This document shows, one piece after another, positions 49,366 through 63,694 of a DNA stretch of 64,000 nt. The DNA comes from Phoronis australis (Eukaryota > Animalia > Phoronida), in NCBI GenBank assembly GCA_002633005.1, contig NMRA01000513.1:200315-264314 (forward strand). Reading direction: 5' to 3'. The notes under the pieces were generated by a model. That model made no database searches and was not told the DNA's origin. It was given only the letters and a program-made list of their open reading frames with translations. The stretch's first letter is position 1; every line of letters starts with the position of its first letter. The translations under genes were made by a program, and so were the position numbers.

Positions 49366-49445
49366 TTTGTCTTCTGAATCCGTAGAAGTCTTTTGGAACT
49401 TTCGATGGATGAAGTGAAGTCTTGAATCTTGCACCCCTTTATATA
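49366..49445 (-). promoter_or_regulatory. Gene B TATA box, initiator and ~50-nt non-coding first exon
   Basis: Minus strand TATATAAA (49445-49438), TCACTT initiator with its A at 49415 (30 nt downstream), donor AA|GTAAGT at 49366/49365. Confidence 0.7.
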
Positions 49446-51849
49446 TCTTAGATCGGGACGATTAAAGCATCTGCCTGCTGCTCCGTTAATTTTGAGCCCT
49501 GTTCTTTTAATCAGTCATAATCATTTTCCTTTCAAGAGAATTTACAATTTAATTCGCGCTCGTAATTATTAAAAATTGTTTCTACCGGTATTCCTACCAG
49601 AAGTGTTGGGAATGTTATTCTGCTGCCCGCCATTACATTTGTACGAAACGGCCTTAATGGGAAGCATAATTGCTTCATTGCTTCCCTGTTGGCAATGAGG
49701 GCTGTCATATACGGCATCTGCATTTTTACATTAACGCCTACGAGCACTAAAAAATAAGTGTAATTTTAATACGAAACCGTATGTAGTAACTACTTTTAAA
49801 AAAGTCCATTCTATATGTCAATGAAGTAATACGTTGAGTTCGATACAGTTTTTTTCACGTTTCATGAAAGTTTTTAAACTTTAAAACTTGTTTCCATGGT
49901 TAAAATGTTGACCATGCTAGGTCCATGAAGACGTCTGCAACAACATTTGCGACGGCAACTTTCTCTTTTAAAAAACAAGAAAAGGAGATAACATGAATAT
50001 TCTTGCTGTAGTACTTTGGGATTTCATGCATTTATAACAAACTGCGGAATGTCCATTCTTCGCGTCATCTTTTTGTTTTTTTTAAGTTGTTTTAAAGCCA
50101 ATTTATACTTTCAGCTTGACAGCTCAATTGGTAATGCTCGTGGACTCATATTAGAGTGAAAAATAGTACGAGATCGATTTTGATGAAGGTACTAAGTGGC
50201 CCAGTTTGGCGGTTTTTAGCGACCTCTAACAGAACAAATGCAACTTTAAGCGTGTTCTCATTCTCGCGCTCATAGTGGTTTCAACTCAGATCTAATTTAA
50301 AGTAGTAGCAGTTATAGCAGTAGTAATGTGTTTATTTCATGCCTACTAAAATACAAAATATAAATACAATGTTGAATTAGGGAAGGCCACGTGAAAGACT
50401 TTACAATACGGTGACCACAGGGCCAACCCCATCAATTACAAAAAGGCATTAATGAACAAATATAAGAAACCCAGTAAACATGGTGACAATGAAACGTTCA
50501 CTCCTGAACAATTTAATGTAAATAACAAGACATTAAATAACAAAAACAGTATATTATCGTAATTCGATGACTTAAATAAATTCTTACACAGTGTTACAAA
50601 CATAGAAGAGGCAATCGTTCAGGCAAGACAAAACTCATCTAAGCAACGATTTCTAAAATGAGGGGAATGTGTATAAATCTTATCATATGGGCAACATGGA
50701 AAACTGTGAAGTCAGGTAAATTTTTACGTAGAGAATTGAAAAAAGTTTAGAACAGCAGTTATTTTGTGATAGATCTCTTTTCATAGTGTAATAATGATGA
50801 TGATTGCTAGAACCGAGTCTAATATTGAAAGTAAAGAAACAGTTCTGTTGCGTGTTGATAAAATATTCATGAAAGATAGTGGGAGCCATATATAAATCTT
50901 CAATTGAATACATGACGTCATGAACAAGACATCAGAGAGAGCATTACAGTTATAAATATTTATGATTCTAAAAGCTTAATTCTTCAAACCAAATAATTGC
51001 TTATTCGCTTTCACATTCCAGTATACCATAGTTTTAATGGGGCAATATCAATATTAAGTATTTATTCCCAATACTGGATGTGGGATGCAGTGCTTAATAC
51101 ACCAGCAATCTTACATATTTCACGAATTAAACCAGGGACAGATCTAGGATTTTTAAAAGGGGGAGTCGGATCAAGATTTTTTTTAAAAAGAGAGTCCAAG
51201 TTAACAATTTGAAAATTCTAGATTTGATATCACTATAATCAAAGGAAAAGGGGGTCCGGAGCCCCTTGACCCCCTGCGTCTATTTTAACTATCGATTACA
51301 TTTTTTCAAGACAATTTTTCTTGGATAAATAGTCCTGAAAATTGACCTTGATCAATTTAAGAGGTAACTGTATAATATTGGATGCAAAATATTCTACATA
51401 CCCTGTGACCCCATATGTAATGAATGAACATTGCCAGACAAATACAATGGTGGGTTAATCCCGCCAGACAGGCCAAGCCTCAGAGTTGAGCTAGGTCAGC
51501 CATCCAGGTAACCAGGGTAAGCCAACTTTTGTCATGAATTTTAGACAGTGAAAATAAAATTCTCAAATGGGAATTCATCAAAAAACTATGACTTGGCAGA
51601 TGCTTCTATGATATATATCAATAACTTTGTCAAAATAATAAATACAAGTCCGGCGAGTTTCGACTCGAACACATTGGTTCAATGGTGGGGTCACCAAATG
51701 CGAACTTGGGCTAGACTTTCCGTCCACGCTATCCATAACAATCACAGTTATAGAGTCATTAGTTACATGTGCCTCGTAATGATTTTCGTACTTAAAAACA
51801 CCAAATATCAAACAATTTTAGATCGAGTATGACTGTTTGGAGATTACAC

Positions 51850-53640
51850 TCCATTCTCAGATATCACTGCCACGACATTCTTGTAAAATCATGAGAATGG
51901 TCAAACCCTAGCCATTTATTTTCTTCATTTGCATGTTAGAGGCATTTTTAGTAAAAGTGGAGAACCTATCCTTTTAGTACAATTATGGTGTGCTGATTTT
52001 GATTGTAACCATTCCCGGGCTGGATTTTGAGTTTTTGACCATCTAGTTTGCATAAACAAAATGGCCGCCAAACCAACAAGTTTGACCATCTAGTTTGCAT
52101 AAACAAAATGGCCGCCAAACCAACAAGTTAAGAAACATTCGTGGAAGCAGGAGTACAATATGTGACGAATAATTAGAAAATTTTGCTACAAAAATATAGT
52201 ATAAGTGTGTTTAGATCACTTAATTTTGAGAACATATTAATGAACGTCATTAAATTCCCCAATTATGCTAATTAGCTTCCGCCATTACCGAAAAATTTAA
52301 ATTTCGGTGTAACTTTATCAATTTGCAGGCAAACAGGACAAATAAGGTGTCTATACCTATGTTTTGAAGGTCTAGAAAAATCATTATGACACATGTGAAG
52401 CTTTTTATTTCATCTTCACTAAGTTACAAATACTCATTAATAAAGCCTGAAAATTAAATTAGAAGTCATAATTATCAATGAGTTTTTGCGAACATATCAC
52501 TATTTAGATAAGACATAAAAGTATTGTAAACATAACAACATGACTTTTAGATACTGTTGTAAAGAGATGCATGGCCATATCGTCCCATTTTGGACAGGAA
52601 CATACCGTCCTCACAGTCGAGCAAGCGCTCTGTTGCAAATTAATAGAGCTTATGGCAGTGGTCGGTCCCAGAATACCAAAATATGTTCTACACGTATCAG
52701 TGAACTTCATAAAGGCCACAGAACAAATGAGTGATTCCGAAATAGCTGAGGTATGTATAGAGAGTGCAGTAGTTTGTCAAGGCCTACGGAACTTGTCCTC
52801 AGTGGAAAGTCGTTCACCAAAGATACAGTATGAGGGCACACAAACTGTCTTTGCAAGCTTTTTGGAATCTCCTGGTGCCAAGCCTTCTCTCGTTTATTGC
52901 AGAAGCCACTGTCATGCTTGTATTACCAGGATGTCTGCAGATGATGATCCAGAGATTCATATGAAGATCTACCTCAGGATAGACGCACCATTCACATCAA
53001 GAATGGCGACTAAATTATCCTTTAACCACTTTTTGCGACGTTCAAGACACCGGACAGGTCACTATAGACATAAATCAATCTACAAAGTTGTACCACATAC
53101 GCTGTGTTAGAAAACGTCTTCGTATTGCAGCTTTGCTTATGGGATTTCTCTTTTTGTTCACCTTTATTAGAAACATGACGTGTGGCTTGGATACAATCCG
53201 GTACCTGCTGCCATGCAGACAGAGTGTATGCGGGACGTGCCGCCACGATGAGTGTTTTCACAACCAGGTTTTTGATGGAAGGTCGCCTTTTCTGATGCAT
53301 TTCCGTTGGAAAGTTGAACTGTTTTGGGGTTGTAGCTCTACAAAACTCTTATTGCAACCGTTTACAGCAATACAAAACTGTGCAGGAGCTGTAGGCCCTA
53401 CAAAGACAAGTTCCAATTGCTCGTATCTTCTGACAGAACATTTTACCATTCATTTCACAAGCAATGCGTCAAACAAGAGCCTTCAAAATGTAAATAAACA
53501 AGGCACCACAGAAAACCGAGTTCAAAATGACCTTTCACCATTGCACTGTTGCATCTTATGCGAACACCCTCAGGGGGTAAGATTAACTCCATATTCTCCT
53601 TAGTGGAATGTCAGAAGAAATTAATGCTTTTCATCACCTT
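51850..53640 (-). mobile_element. Decayed DNA-transposon-like element with a transposase-like remnant ending in a Cys cluster
   Basis: Minus-strand fragments SSADILVIQ, LLHSLY and ACSTVRTVCSCPK recall invertebrate transposase-like ORFs with a C-terminal CXC-like cluster; aaaatggccgcc subterminal motifs; 47-bp tandem duplication at 52034-52127. Confidence 0.35.
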
Positions 53641-56529
53641 GTCAATGGAAGACAAAATTGTTGCCTAACTATTGTAATTTTTGATCATTTTGTTTAACAG
53701 AGTTAACACTAAACTTGTGCTGTGGCAAAATGTCTAAGTGAGAGCGCAAAAAAGTTTAATGAAGTGCGCAATTTTCGATGCGGTTTGCTTTTTGACGCAA
53801 ATGCCCTTCAATGAATGTTTTCGAAAGAGTCGCCGATTCTGTGCTGCCATCTACAGTGTATTAGCAGGATAAAATGCAGCGAGACTAATCTCATTGGCAG
53901 CCGCCTATATTGTTTCATGGACTATAGCGTCACCTAGCAAGTGTTTGCTTTGAGGAAGTACGGCCGATTTTATTTTGTCAAATTCAAAATTATGAAGTGG
54001 TATCTTATGTTCAAAATTATATGTTGAGAACATGAAATATGAGTGGTATGTTGGAAAAGTACACATATAGGCAAAAAATCGAGTAAATCAAGAAAACATT
54101 ATTGCAGCGGAGCTCATGTTAATTATGGAAAATACATCATAAGCACGGGTGACTAATTAGTGGTGACCAGGTGGAAGTAGGCGATTGGTGGGTGGTCCGG
54201 TACAGATCCTACAGGATTTTGCCCAGGGGGTCTGGGAAGTAATAAACCTAGGATAGGTCTGCTGAACGCAGCTGCAAAAATGCTACATTTCGTTCCACAT
54301 AGGCTTAAGAACCAGGGGGATGGCGGGGGGCGAGCGCCCACTCAACCAAAATGTTTAGGGCGAAGATAACTGTCCAACCCCCCTCCCCAATATTTCAAGC
54401 GTTAATACGTAAAAATTAGTTAAAAATTATTCATTAACAGTTTAGACAATACGTAATCATGCCCTCAGCTGAAGGCACAATGCATTGGAAAAAGGACATG
54501 AGGAGAGCATAAGTACGAAATCCTGTGTAGTGTACCACTAAAGAATTGTCATCTTTGGCGATAGTTGAGTATAAATGTGCATTTTCCTGCAGCTTGCCAT
54601 TCCCTTTTTACAGACTATCTCAGTTATCGAAGCTGCCTGTCTCTTGTAAGCCGTGTCACCGGGGGGACGCAATAGTCGTGGTCGCAACCACCGAGGGGCA
54701 CAGAATTTCACAAGAATCCGCAACAGGTCTATCTAACATAGGCTCTGCAGCCGGTCTATCTAACACAGCTTCTGCCACGTACAACACATCCGATTCATAT
54801 TGTCGCAAAGTTGAGATTCTGAAGTACAAACAAAAGGATTACATGACACCAATAGAAAAATGATTCCTATAGGGATATTAGTGCTGAATAACGCTTCAGG
54901 TCAGTTACGCATTGACTGTGTCGTTATTAATCAGCATTTGATGAGTTCCCAACATAAAGCATTAGTGACAGTCAGTAACTGACAATAGGCGAAAATGGGT
55001 TCAGACAAATACTAAGATTGTAATAGAGAACACAATTAGTAGCTCAGAGGATGTTCTACTGTCCAGCCTATCATTACAAGTACACTGATCACATAAATTA
55101 GAAGATAGCTCATCCCGGAGCTATGGCTGGCAACACTTTTTTTAAGTCGTAATGGTAAGAATATGAAAAATTGACACTAGTGCACTGATTAAGAACAACN
55201 ATGTTTTGAAGGTCTAGAAAAATCATTATGACACATGTGAAGCTTTTTATTTCATCTTCACTAAGTTACAAATACTCATTAATAAAGCCTGAAAATTAAA
55301 TTAGAAGTCATAATTATCAATGAGTTTTTGCGAACATATCACTATTTAGATAAGACATAAAAGTATTGTAAACATAACAACATGACTTTTAGATACTGTT
55401 GTAAAGAGATGCATGGCCATATCGTCCCATTTTGGACAGGAACATACCGTCCTCACAGTCGAGCAAGCGCTCTGTTGCAAATTAATAGAGCTTATGGCAG
55501 TGGTCGGTCCCAGAATACCAAAATATGTTCTACACGTATCAGTGAACTTCATAAAGGCCACAGAACAAATGAGTGATTCCGAAATAGCTGAGGTATGTAT
55601 AGAGAGTGCAGTAGTTTGTCAAGGCCTACGGAACTTGTCCTCAGTGGAAAGTCGTTCACCAAAGATACAGTATGAGGGCACACAAACTGTCTTTGCAAGC
55701 TTTTTGGAATCTCACGCGTCACGTTGTTATTGTTGAACAAATCCCTTGACGTCAGGCAACAATCAAACTTGTATCTAACAGATAACTTTTGAAGCTTTAC
55801 GCAACTCAGCAATATTCGTGTTGACATAAAATTCTGTTATTTCACTTCGTAAAAGTCTTCCGATTTCGATAAACCCACGCCAAGTGTCAAGTAATCATTA
55901 ACACCAGCCACCAGGGCCTAGGCAATCCAACAACAACATGCAACTTGCCTTCAACATCTTTCACAAAAGCGCCCCAGAAAAACGTGTAGCCTTTCTTCAG
56001 GGAATGTCTTGATGTCTTGGTCTTGGACTTCGCAATCTTCAACGTCAGAGTGGGTTGAAAGTGATAGCATTGCCAGGTTTACAGCACAGTGTGCTCGCAG
56101 GCCTACTGTATTCGGCCATGACGAAACAAGTGGGACGTCCAGTCTCGGTTTGGCGAGCTTGCGACGCTAGCGACACACTTCCCTGCAAGTAGTCAATAGG
56201 ATAAATATACAGTGTATATATAAAAAGTTCGTTGAAAACAATATCTTGATACAGAGTCGTTCGTTGTGTTGATGTGCAGCTATGTAACAGAGAGATATAA
56301 CAAAAGAACACACGAATATAGACCAAAGCTCGTCCACTTTGAACTCAGCTGTTCAACCCAAGCTTATAATAAGCTTGAGAAGCAACGTGCCTATACTCTC
56401 GCTAGTAATGCCAACTCGCGTACGCCAAGTAATCTCAAGCAACATTGTTTTGACTCTTGCGACCGACTTTTTGAAACAAAAATTTAGTGGCGTGTATGTA
56501 CATGTATTTGTGCATATATTAGTGTATTT

Positions 56530-56640
56530 TGGTAGCAGACGTTCTTTCACACACGTTTCATGCATGTACGTATGCATGTTTGTCTGTGTGTGTGTGCGTG
56601 TGTATGTGCATCTGTATGTGCATGTATATGAATATATGGG
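56530..56640. repeat. (TG)n/(TGTA)n degenerate microsatellite
   Basis: Alternating tg/ta/ca dinucleotides. Confidence 0.8.
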
Positions 56641-57469
56641 TTATCCACCTACATAGGAATATTACTGTCATATCCTATCGAGAATCTTTTTCATCTGGGA
56701 ATGTCCTAACGAGACCGAAGGCGGAGTTGCTTCTCTGCAGTATATTCAATGTTAACTAATTTACTTCATGTATCTCGTAACCATTCATGGAATGTTGCCA
56801 CATCATTCTTGTTTTTACCATTCCTTTAATAAACGACTGCCTGATATGGGGAAAATACGATCTAAGGTCCGATCTCCAAATAGTAATGAACATTTCTTAT
56901 TTTTGCAATTATTTTTTGTTCTTTACGTAATCAAATATTAACCTTTGTTTACTTAACTAATATTTGTATTTTAAATGGCGATTATGCACGTGGCAAATGC
57001 TTACTGGTCTTTTAAGTGCATGCACACGTATTTATTATTAGGGCGGAGATTTTGAAAACTGTATTGGGATGAAAGAGTTGATATTTCGTCTTTGTTTCCA
57101 AAATAACAAATCATAGTTTTTTTTACGTTTTTCTTTCTAGAAGTTTTTGCCATATTTAAAATGGATAGATCTCACGTTAGCATTCCCACGAATTTTTTAA
57201 GATGGTGCCAACTTCAACATCAGCCACCGTCATCCAAAGAGTTGTATTGTCGCCCTATGTCGCTAGATTGTTAAAACTCATCTCCATGACGCTAAAGAGA
57301 ATGATCATTTGACAATTTCTTCCTTCGGTGTATTTCGTCCGAATAACGGTCAATGCCGCTCTTTAATATTATCAACTGAAATTCAAAATTATCCTCGCTG
57401 TACATGTACATGTACGTCCACGTGGTTGAAACTCATCTGCACAAGTGAGTGTAAAGGCTTGTGTATAAG

Positions 57470-58090
57470 CTGTTTTCGATAACGAAGTGACGTCATCAAC
57501 CCACGAGTTGGACGAATCCAGATATCCGGCCCACTTCTCGAGATACACGGTTTCCTTTTTTTTCTTTGAAGCGTTTTGAGGACGCTTTCCACCTTGGACG
57601 AACTTCCACTGGCCGAGGGTTATTTCACCGTGATCATTCATCACTTTGTGTGCTGTCGGTGTACGTGAAACCATTTTATCAAGAGGCCAGTTTGGTAAAT
57701 ATCCCTTCTTCAAAAGGACGCTTTCGGCCATGCTCATAACGACCCGGCCGCCTGTCTTAAATTTTGGTCTGGCACTGAGGTTGAACGTACGAACTGTTTA
57801 AAAGTGTCTTCTAGTATACTGTCTCTTGATTAGCTCGTGTGCCATACGAGTGTGTGGTTGTAAGACAACACTAGATCTTCCAATATATCAATGAATCGTA
57901 AGGTTATTTAGTAGCCGAGACGAACTTTCACATTTTGTTCTACATCCTATGAGTTCAATAAAAGCGTTCGGCAATGCTTTTTTGTCTTCTCGTTAGAAAA
58001 TGTAAGAAACCGGCAACGTTTTCCTCTTTGAGAAACTTGTATAAAACACGATTCGCATACTCTGTCGTTTGACTTGTCGGAGAGGGACTA
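57470..58090 (-). pseudogene. Decayed Polinton/Maverick-type integrase-chromodomain (copy 2)
   Basis: SDK...EYANRVLYKFLKEENV / IAERF / KKGYLPNW / YLEKWAGYLDSSNSWV. Confidence 0.75.
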
Positions 58091-59619
58091 CTGCATCGCA
58101 GTATTCTCTAAAATATATACGTGAGAGCAGACGATAGTAAATCCCACTTGAGGTTTAACAGTGTGCGACGACAGATTATAGCTCGGCCAAGAACAAAGGA
58201 TTTCCTCTAGGTGGCAGTAGTCGCATGCACATTGATATGTCACCTGAAAAGACAAGCACCGGCCAAAGACGGTGGTGCCACCACTGGGCATTTAATTGAA
58301 AATTATGACCTGTGTGGGCAGTAGTGTGTGTGACAACTTGAGGATTGTTGTAGTGTGAATCTAGAATGTAATTTAGTGTCATTGCAAGTTTAAACAACAA
58401 CAGGTTTTTCTATGTTTTATGTTATGTAGGGCCTTGTCGACAAATCTGCGCAATGAGCAAAATATAAACAAATATATTATTTTTAGAACCACGAACAAGA
58501 GTGGACGAAAACTGGTGCAGGTGACGTTGAGCGACACCTAGGGGCGTCCAAAATGGGTTTCACCTTGACCGAAACCAAACTTAGGCCTGGTGACTGCAAT
58601 ACAGCAATTCCTCGGTCCAAGACGATCCTTGGTGCTGACTATGGAAGGTGAACTCAGAAAAATATGTGCACCGGTGCTGCATAGACTTTTTAACTATACG
58701 TCGTATATAGGGCGAAGATCGAACACAAACTGAGCACTCTTTTTAGTCTCAGAAGAATGATTTCGCGGGACTGACGTTACTGTCACTCTCCCTCTATAAG
58801 GCCTACGGTGACCTATCGCAAAATCGGCTGCTACGTTCTACACTGTGTATAATTGCGGACAACAGCATGTGCTGAAAAAATTCTTAAAGTCACATTTTGA
58901 ATTCGAAAAGTGTTTGAAATAATGTCACCCATGTGCCACTTGCGGCCATGTCTTGTTTCAGGAAGGTAATACCACCATCAGGCTCCTCATAACGGAGGCT
59001 ATGAATGTACGGTTGAGTCACACTGAGCGCTAGTTGAATAGCAACACTGGTTCATTTAAGCTCCAACTGTTTTGATTTCTCAGACGTGTATCCCCTCACA
59101 ATGCCATTTTGATGTATACCTGTGTAGACTGTTCTCCTGTGTTACATGTACAATGTACCTGACTGGAGTATTGTGAACAGTGTCTTGAGAATGGTTCACT
59201 GACAATAAACCGAAACGTCAACAAATACGATGTCTTTGTTTACGTATGCCCTGATATCAAAATTGGTACTCATCTTTTGGCCAAAAACAAATGAAATGTC
59301 CCTACTTAAACCACGATAAAAATTTAAGGTTATCTTTGAAATCAAAATCTATATTTCAATTGACAATCTTTCCCGATTGTTTGAGCAAAAGTCTGCACGT
59401 CATCGCTGCTGGTTGCTATTTCGAATGTGGCGCGTTTGTACCCCGGCAAATTGCCTGACTGCGACGTGATGATACGGTAACGAAAGTGACGGTCGGCGAG
59501 GAATATTTCGACGCCGATAAGATGAGAGTGAGAGACCTTTTTCGACTTCCATTCTAACCAACCAAACGACGCGATATGCAACTTCAATAAGCCTGATGTT
59601 TGAGTTTTAAAATGAGGGA

Positions 59620-59819
59620 TATAAATCGGTAAATAAAACAACAAGAATGGATCAACTGAAATTTGAAATTTTCGGAGGTAACAACTTCCTTTATCAACAA
59701 ATTTCAGTTGATCCATTCTTGTTGTTTTATTTACCGATTTATATTTTTCATTTCACGAAACAATAGTATCCTTGGGAGGATCTGGATCGCCTTATTTAGT
59801 TTCAGATATATTTTCTACG
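59620..59819. mobile_element. 200-bp fold-back insertion with a 13-bp target-site duplication
   Basis: Perfect 46-bp inverted repeat 59620-59665 / 59698-59743; TTAAAATGAGGGA at 59607-59619 and 59820-59832; empty paralogous site at 37007-37019. Confidence 0.75.
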
Positions 59820-61400
59820 TTAAAATGAGGGAGAAATTTGTTAGAAATATTTGTCCTTTATTGAGCATTCCGTTCATTGTTTACCGTAAGGCTTCGCCAT
59901 CTAGTGGCACTTGATTGAAACTTAGATTCTAAGAGATGGCAGAATAAAAGAAGGTGTTGTTTGTAACCTTTGTCGTTGTTTCAATTAAGGAACAGAATTT
60001 GTGTAATGTTGACTAGTATCACATTACTACACTTGTTTTCTTTTCCTTTTTAATGGTGTACTTTGGGCTGATGACTATGTGTACATGTATCTATAAAGAG
60101 TGACGATGCCAGTAGAAAAGCCAGCACAGAACAAAATGTTAAATGTGATGTAGATAACTTCAGGTACAGCATTTCCAGATATAAGATACACAAATTATAA
60201 TTGCGTGACAATACAACGGGGTTGTAAAATATTGTGGGGTCTGTTTCATGAACTTAAGACTTAAGGTAGAAAATTTTTTTTCTCGTCTACTTGTAACCGA
60301 AAGAAAAGTTAGCCAAATGCTTAAGAGCACATCACACTCTTGATCTAACTATCTCAGTAACTTGAAGTTTTGCATATATCACTCTCAGAGAATTTACTCT
60401 TTTTCTCAAATGATATTTTGTTATTTTTTATAAATAATTTGTGGAGTGTACATAAGACCAAATTTCGGACTTAAGTCTAAAGCCACGTTTCATAAAACAG
60501 AGAGTCCTAGGTCGGATCTCCCATCTCAGTCTCGTGTAAAAGGGATCCTGGGATTTTAGCGGACCATTCTTAAGTTAGGTTTCAGTGTATGCATTTCACA
60601 TCCTGAGCTAAAAGCGATTGTTCCACAGTGTTTACCTTGCGTCGATAAATATAGTATTCTGGAAGAGTGATGAAGAGATGATACTTAATGCATGCTATAT
60701 ACTTTATTTGCTAAACAGTGAATGGTATTACAAAACAAAATCCAACGAAAGAAAATTCATCAACACGCATGACAAGCGAAATGACTCCTCTTCTATGTGA
60801 AGCGGTAGAGGGAATTTTAATTTTCCTTCGCACAGCAACAGCTGCAGTTAACAACTCAGCACCATGCGTCAAGAAACGTGAGATTGCTGTAAAGTTCAGT
60901 GCAATTCGTGCGTCTGCAATCCTGCTCAAGTTTTCGTTGTCCACGTGGTGATAGTTTAAAATGTCAAATCTTACATCTTGCCATGTCCAATGCCAGGTGT
61001 AGAGTCCTATTTTTCAAACAGTGTGGTCAATAATTCCAAAAGCACTTGCGTACAGGCAGTAACTGCTGTTGCTGTCACAGTGGGCGATAGATGTCACTCG
61101 CGACCATAAGGAAGTCCTCTGCTTGAACATATTATGTTGATTTCAATAAACTTTCGTAGCAGTCGTCCTTCGCACCCTGTGAAAATTCAAGTATGTTTGT
61201 TCATAACCAGTTTCTTACGTAGTCCACGCTGTTAACACAGTATCTCGATGGAGTAATTACACGCATTTGCCACCCTTTGATAAACAAAAAATCAAAAGTA
61301 GACAGGCTCTGGTCACCCCCTCAGTTTTCCGCCAGGTTTCTACAATACGTGGCCATGCGCTTGAATCCAATAATTGGTTTTGTCATGCAAGAAGTATTTT

Positions 61401-63128
61401 CATGTCGTGAACACATCCACTACCACAAGAAACTGTAGGAACACCGCATTTATCCACCTTCACTCTTATCAGGCTTCTATTGTGAGTCAGCATGCGTGAA
61501 TAATTGGCTGATAAGCCACCTCTGGAACTACTTTTGGCTGAATGGATGACCAGCCCATAAAATGATAATTAGCCAAGACCAGTTACTATAATGCAACAAA
61601 GAATAATGTCTTGCATCACCTAGCCTTGGCGGAAAGCTGTTTACTGTATTGGCTCAAACAAACGCTTAGAAAAATTCATTTCACGGAGAGGGGACGCTTA
61701 TTGTAGTGAGCCTACGGCAGTTGAAACCCGGTTTCCCAATCGGGTAAAATCGGAAGCTAGGATTGTGACGTATTTGTAGCCTATGACAGCCTTTCTACAA
61801 AATTGTGGTGCATTGCTATCAACTTTCGTTGTTAAATTACGATAATTTTTCAAAAAATTGTGCTCATCACAGGGCGAAAACTTGCCGACTCATGCGTCGC
61901 TGAATCGCGATTGTCAATAGGAAAACTTGAACTCTTGAATAAAAATATAGTTTCGATTCAACAAATTACCTGAAATCTTCCTTATGTTTTAAAATCTTTA
62001 AAGCTCATGTGGAGTCCAGATTAATTGGATTAAGTCCAAATCTGCGCTACATCGTACCCCACAACACGAGAAAAATCTCTGGATGAACACACATGTTGTT
62101 GTCACGTGACGTTTGTTTTGAAGTTCGTCTGCGTATGAGAGTCAGTGAGCTTGCGTGTGCGGGTCATCGACGACAGACTTTTTTGTTACAAAAGGCGGAG
62201 GATTACAGTGTATGCAAGAAAATGGCGTTTACTAGATTGTTTTTCACTTAAATAGCTGCAACGTGCAAGGTGAGTGCTGGTTAACTCACAGATTTTGTGT
62301 GCACAGGCCGACTGTCCTTAGCTCTGCCGTGGAGTATTAATAGTAAAAGGCTCGATCTACATGTTGGGGACGAGGTGAACTACCCGGGCTGTGTGAAATT
62401 TCTGGGTCTAACGGGGACACTGACGCAGTGGTCAGCCAGCTCGCTGTATCAAGACTATAGTCAAAATCCAAATTCGTTTTATCGTGTCCTTGTCAATAAT
62501 AACGGCATGCTAAAGCCTTCTTAATTTTCGTACTTCAGGAAAATAACAATCACGTGTTTTGTACACATACGCGCACGCCGCAGATCACATCTCGGAAATT
62601 GCCGATTTGACGGATGACAATGAATGAACACAATGAAATTAACAACGTCGTTTTACAGCTTGTAATATTCATAATAAACGTATTTTGAATATTGCAATGC
62701 ATGTGTTCCAAAATGTAAATAACTATATATTTTTGTATTAGTGCGCGCCGAATGAAAGTAATCGTGAGTGTTGCTGTGTTGCAAAATCTCTTATTCTGGG
62801 CCGATTTGAAAAATTCAAAGTTGTACTCCATTTTGTTTTCGCTCCTCTTTTCAAATATTACAGTAAAACTACGTAAAACTCTCTCCATAAAAAGTACAGT
62901 CTGCTAGCTAGATTGTAATCAGCTGATCATATCCGCATGAGCGAAGCCAATTGTCCTCGCTCGTGACTCGATGACTAGAGCAGCTTGGCGGCATCCCTTT
63001 GATCGTGAGTCGAGCGCGACTCAGCCAAGGTGGATAAGTACGGTCTAGTTCAATTTTCCATACCCCACCGTTTACCTTAACCACTGGGGTTGGGACCAAT
63101 CTTATTTAGTGGGAATTTTCATAGCATG
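61401..63128. mobile_element. 1.73-kb non-autonomous TIR DNA element (copy 2)
   Basis: Same CATG-ended TIRs as 31084-32836; the paralogous empty site at 40565-40577 reads tatttt|gctcaag. Confidence 0.78.
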
Positions 63129-63694
63129 ATGCTCAAGTGTTTACAAATAAGCGTACGTGGCAAATCTCAACTTAACTAGAAACTGAAGGCGACCAACCTT
63201 TGAGTTGAATTTGCTGTGTCTTTTGTTTCATGTTAGTGCTTTCCGCTTTTACAGATGGTGTTTAATAGGATGACACGTCCAACACTTGTCGTTTTGTAAG
63301 GATTAACTACCCCGAATAAGCCATTGTTCTGCGTGTTCTTTTAGGATTTGATCCTTGTCAACTACTCAAAAAAGTCCCAAAATCTGTGAGCCTAACTACG
63401 AATTTGCGTGAAGGATCACATGGCCCTAAATACGTGCATGCATAACGTTGATCGTGAGAAGTCTTCCTGATCATAACTCTTTTATAAAGCTGGCTATTTT
63501 CTTAGACCAACTGCGTAAGAATATGTAAATCTTGAGTGGAAGTGGAAAGATGGATCACAAACATGGTTAAGTCTGGTCAGCACGACACCTAGGTTTTGAT
63601 GTGACCAACAGATGACGTGCAGACCAAACTTAAACCTGATTGTGAACTACCTCAGAACTTACGCCGTTGCTTCATTCCCGACGGTATCAGTCAT

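Noticed and set aside
50120-50182. tRNA gene (agctcaattggta A-box)
   Set aside because: No intact T-arm/B-box or acceptor stem; at most a decayed SINE head.
54726-54778. 27-bp tandem duplication inside ORF 54546-54863
   Set aside because: Only two units and no support for the ORF being coding.
52360-55712. ~510-bp identical repeat (52360-52871 vs 55201-55712) with duplicated ORFs
   Set aside because: The second copy begins at the N at 55200; assembly overlap or TE copy, not duplicated genes.
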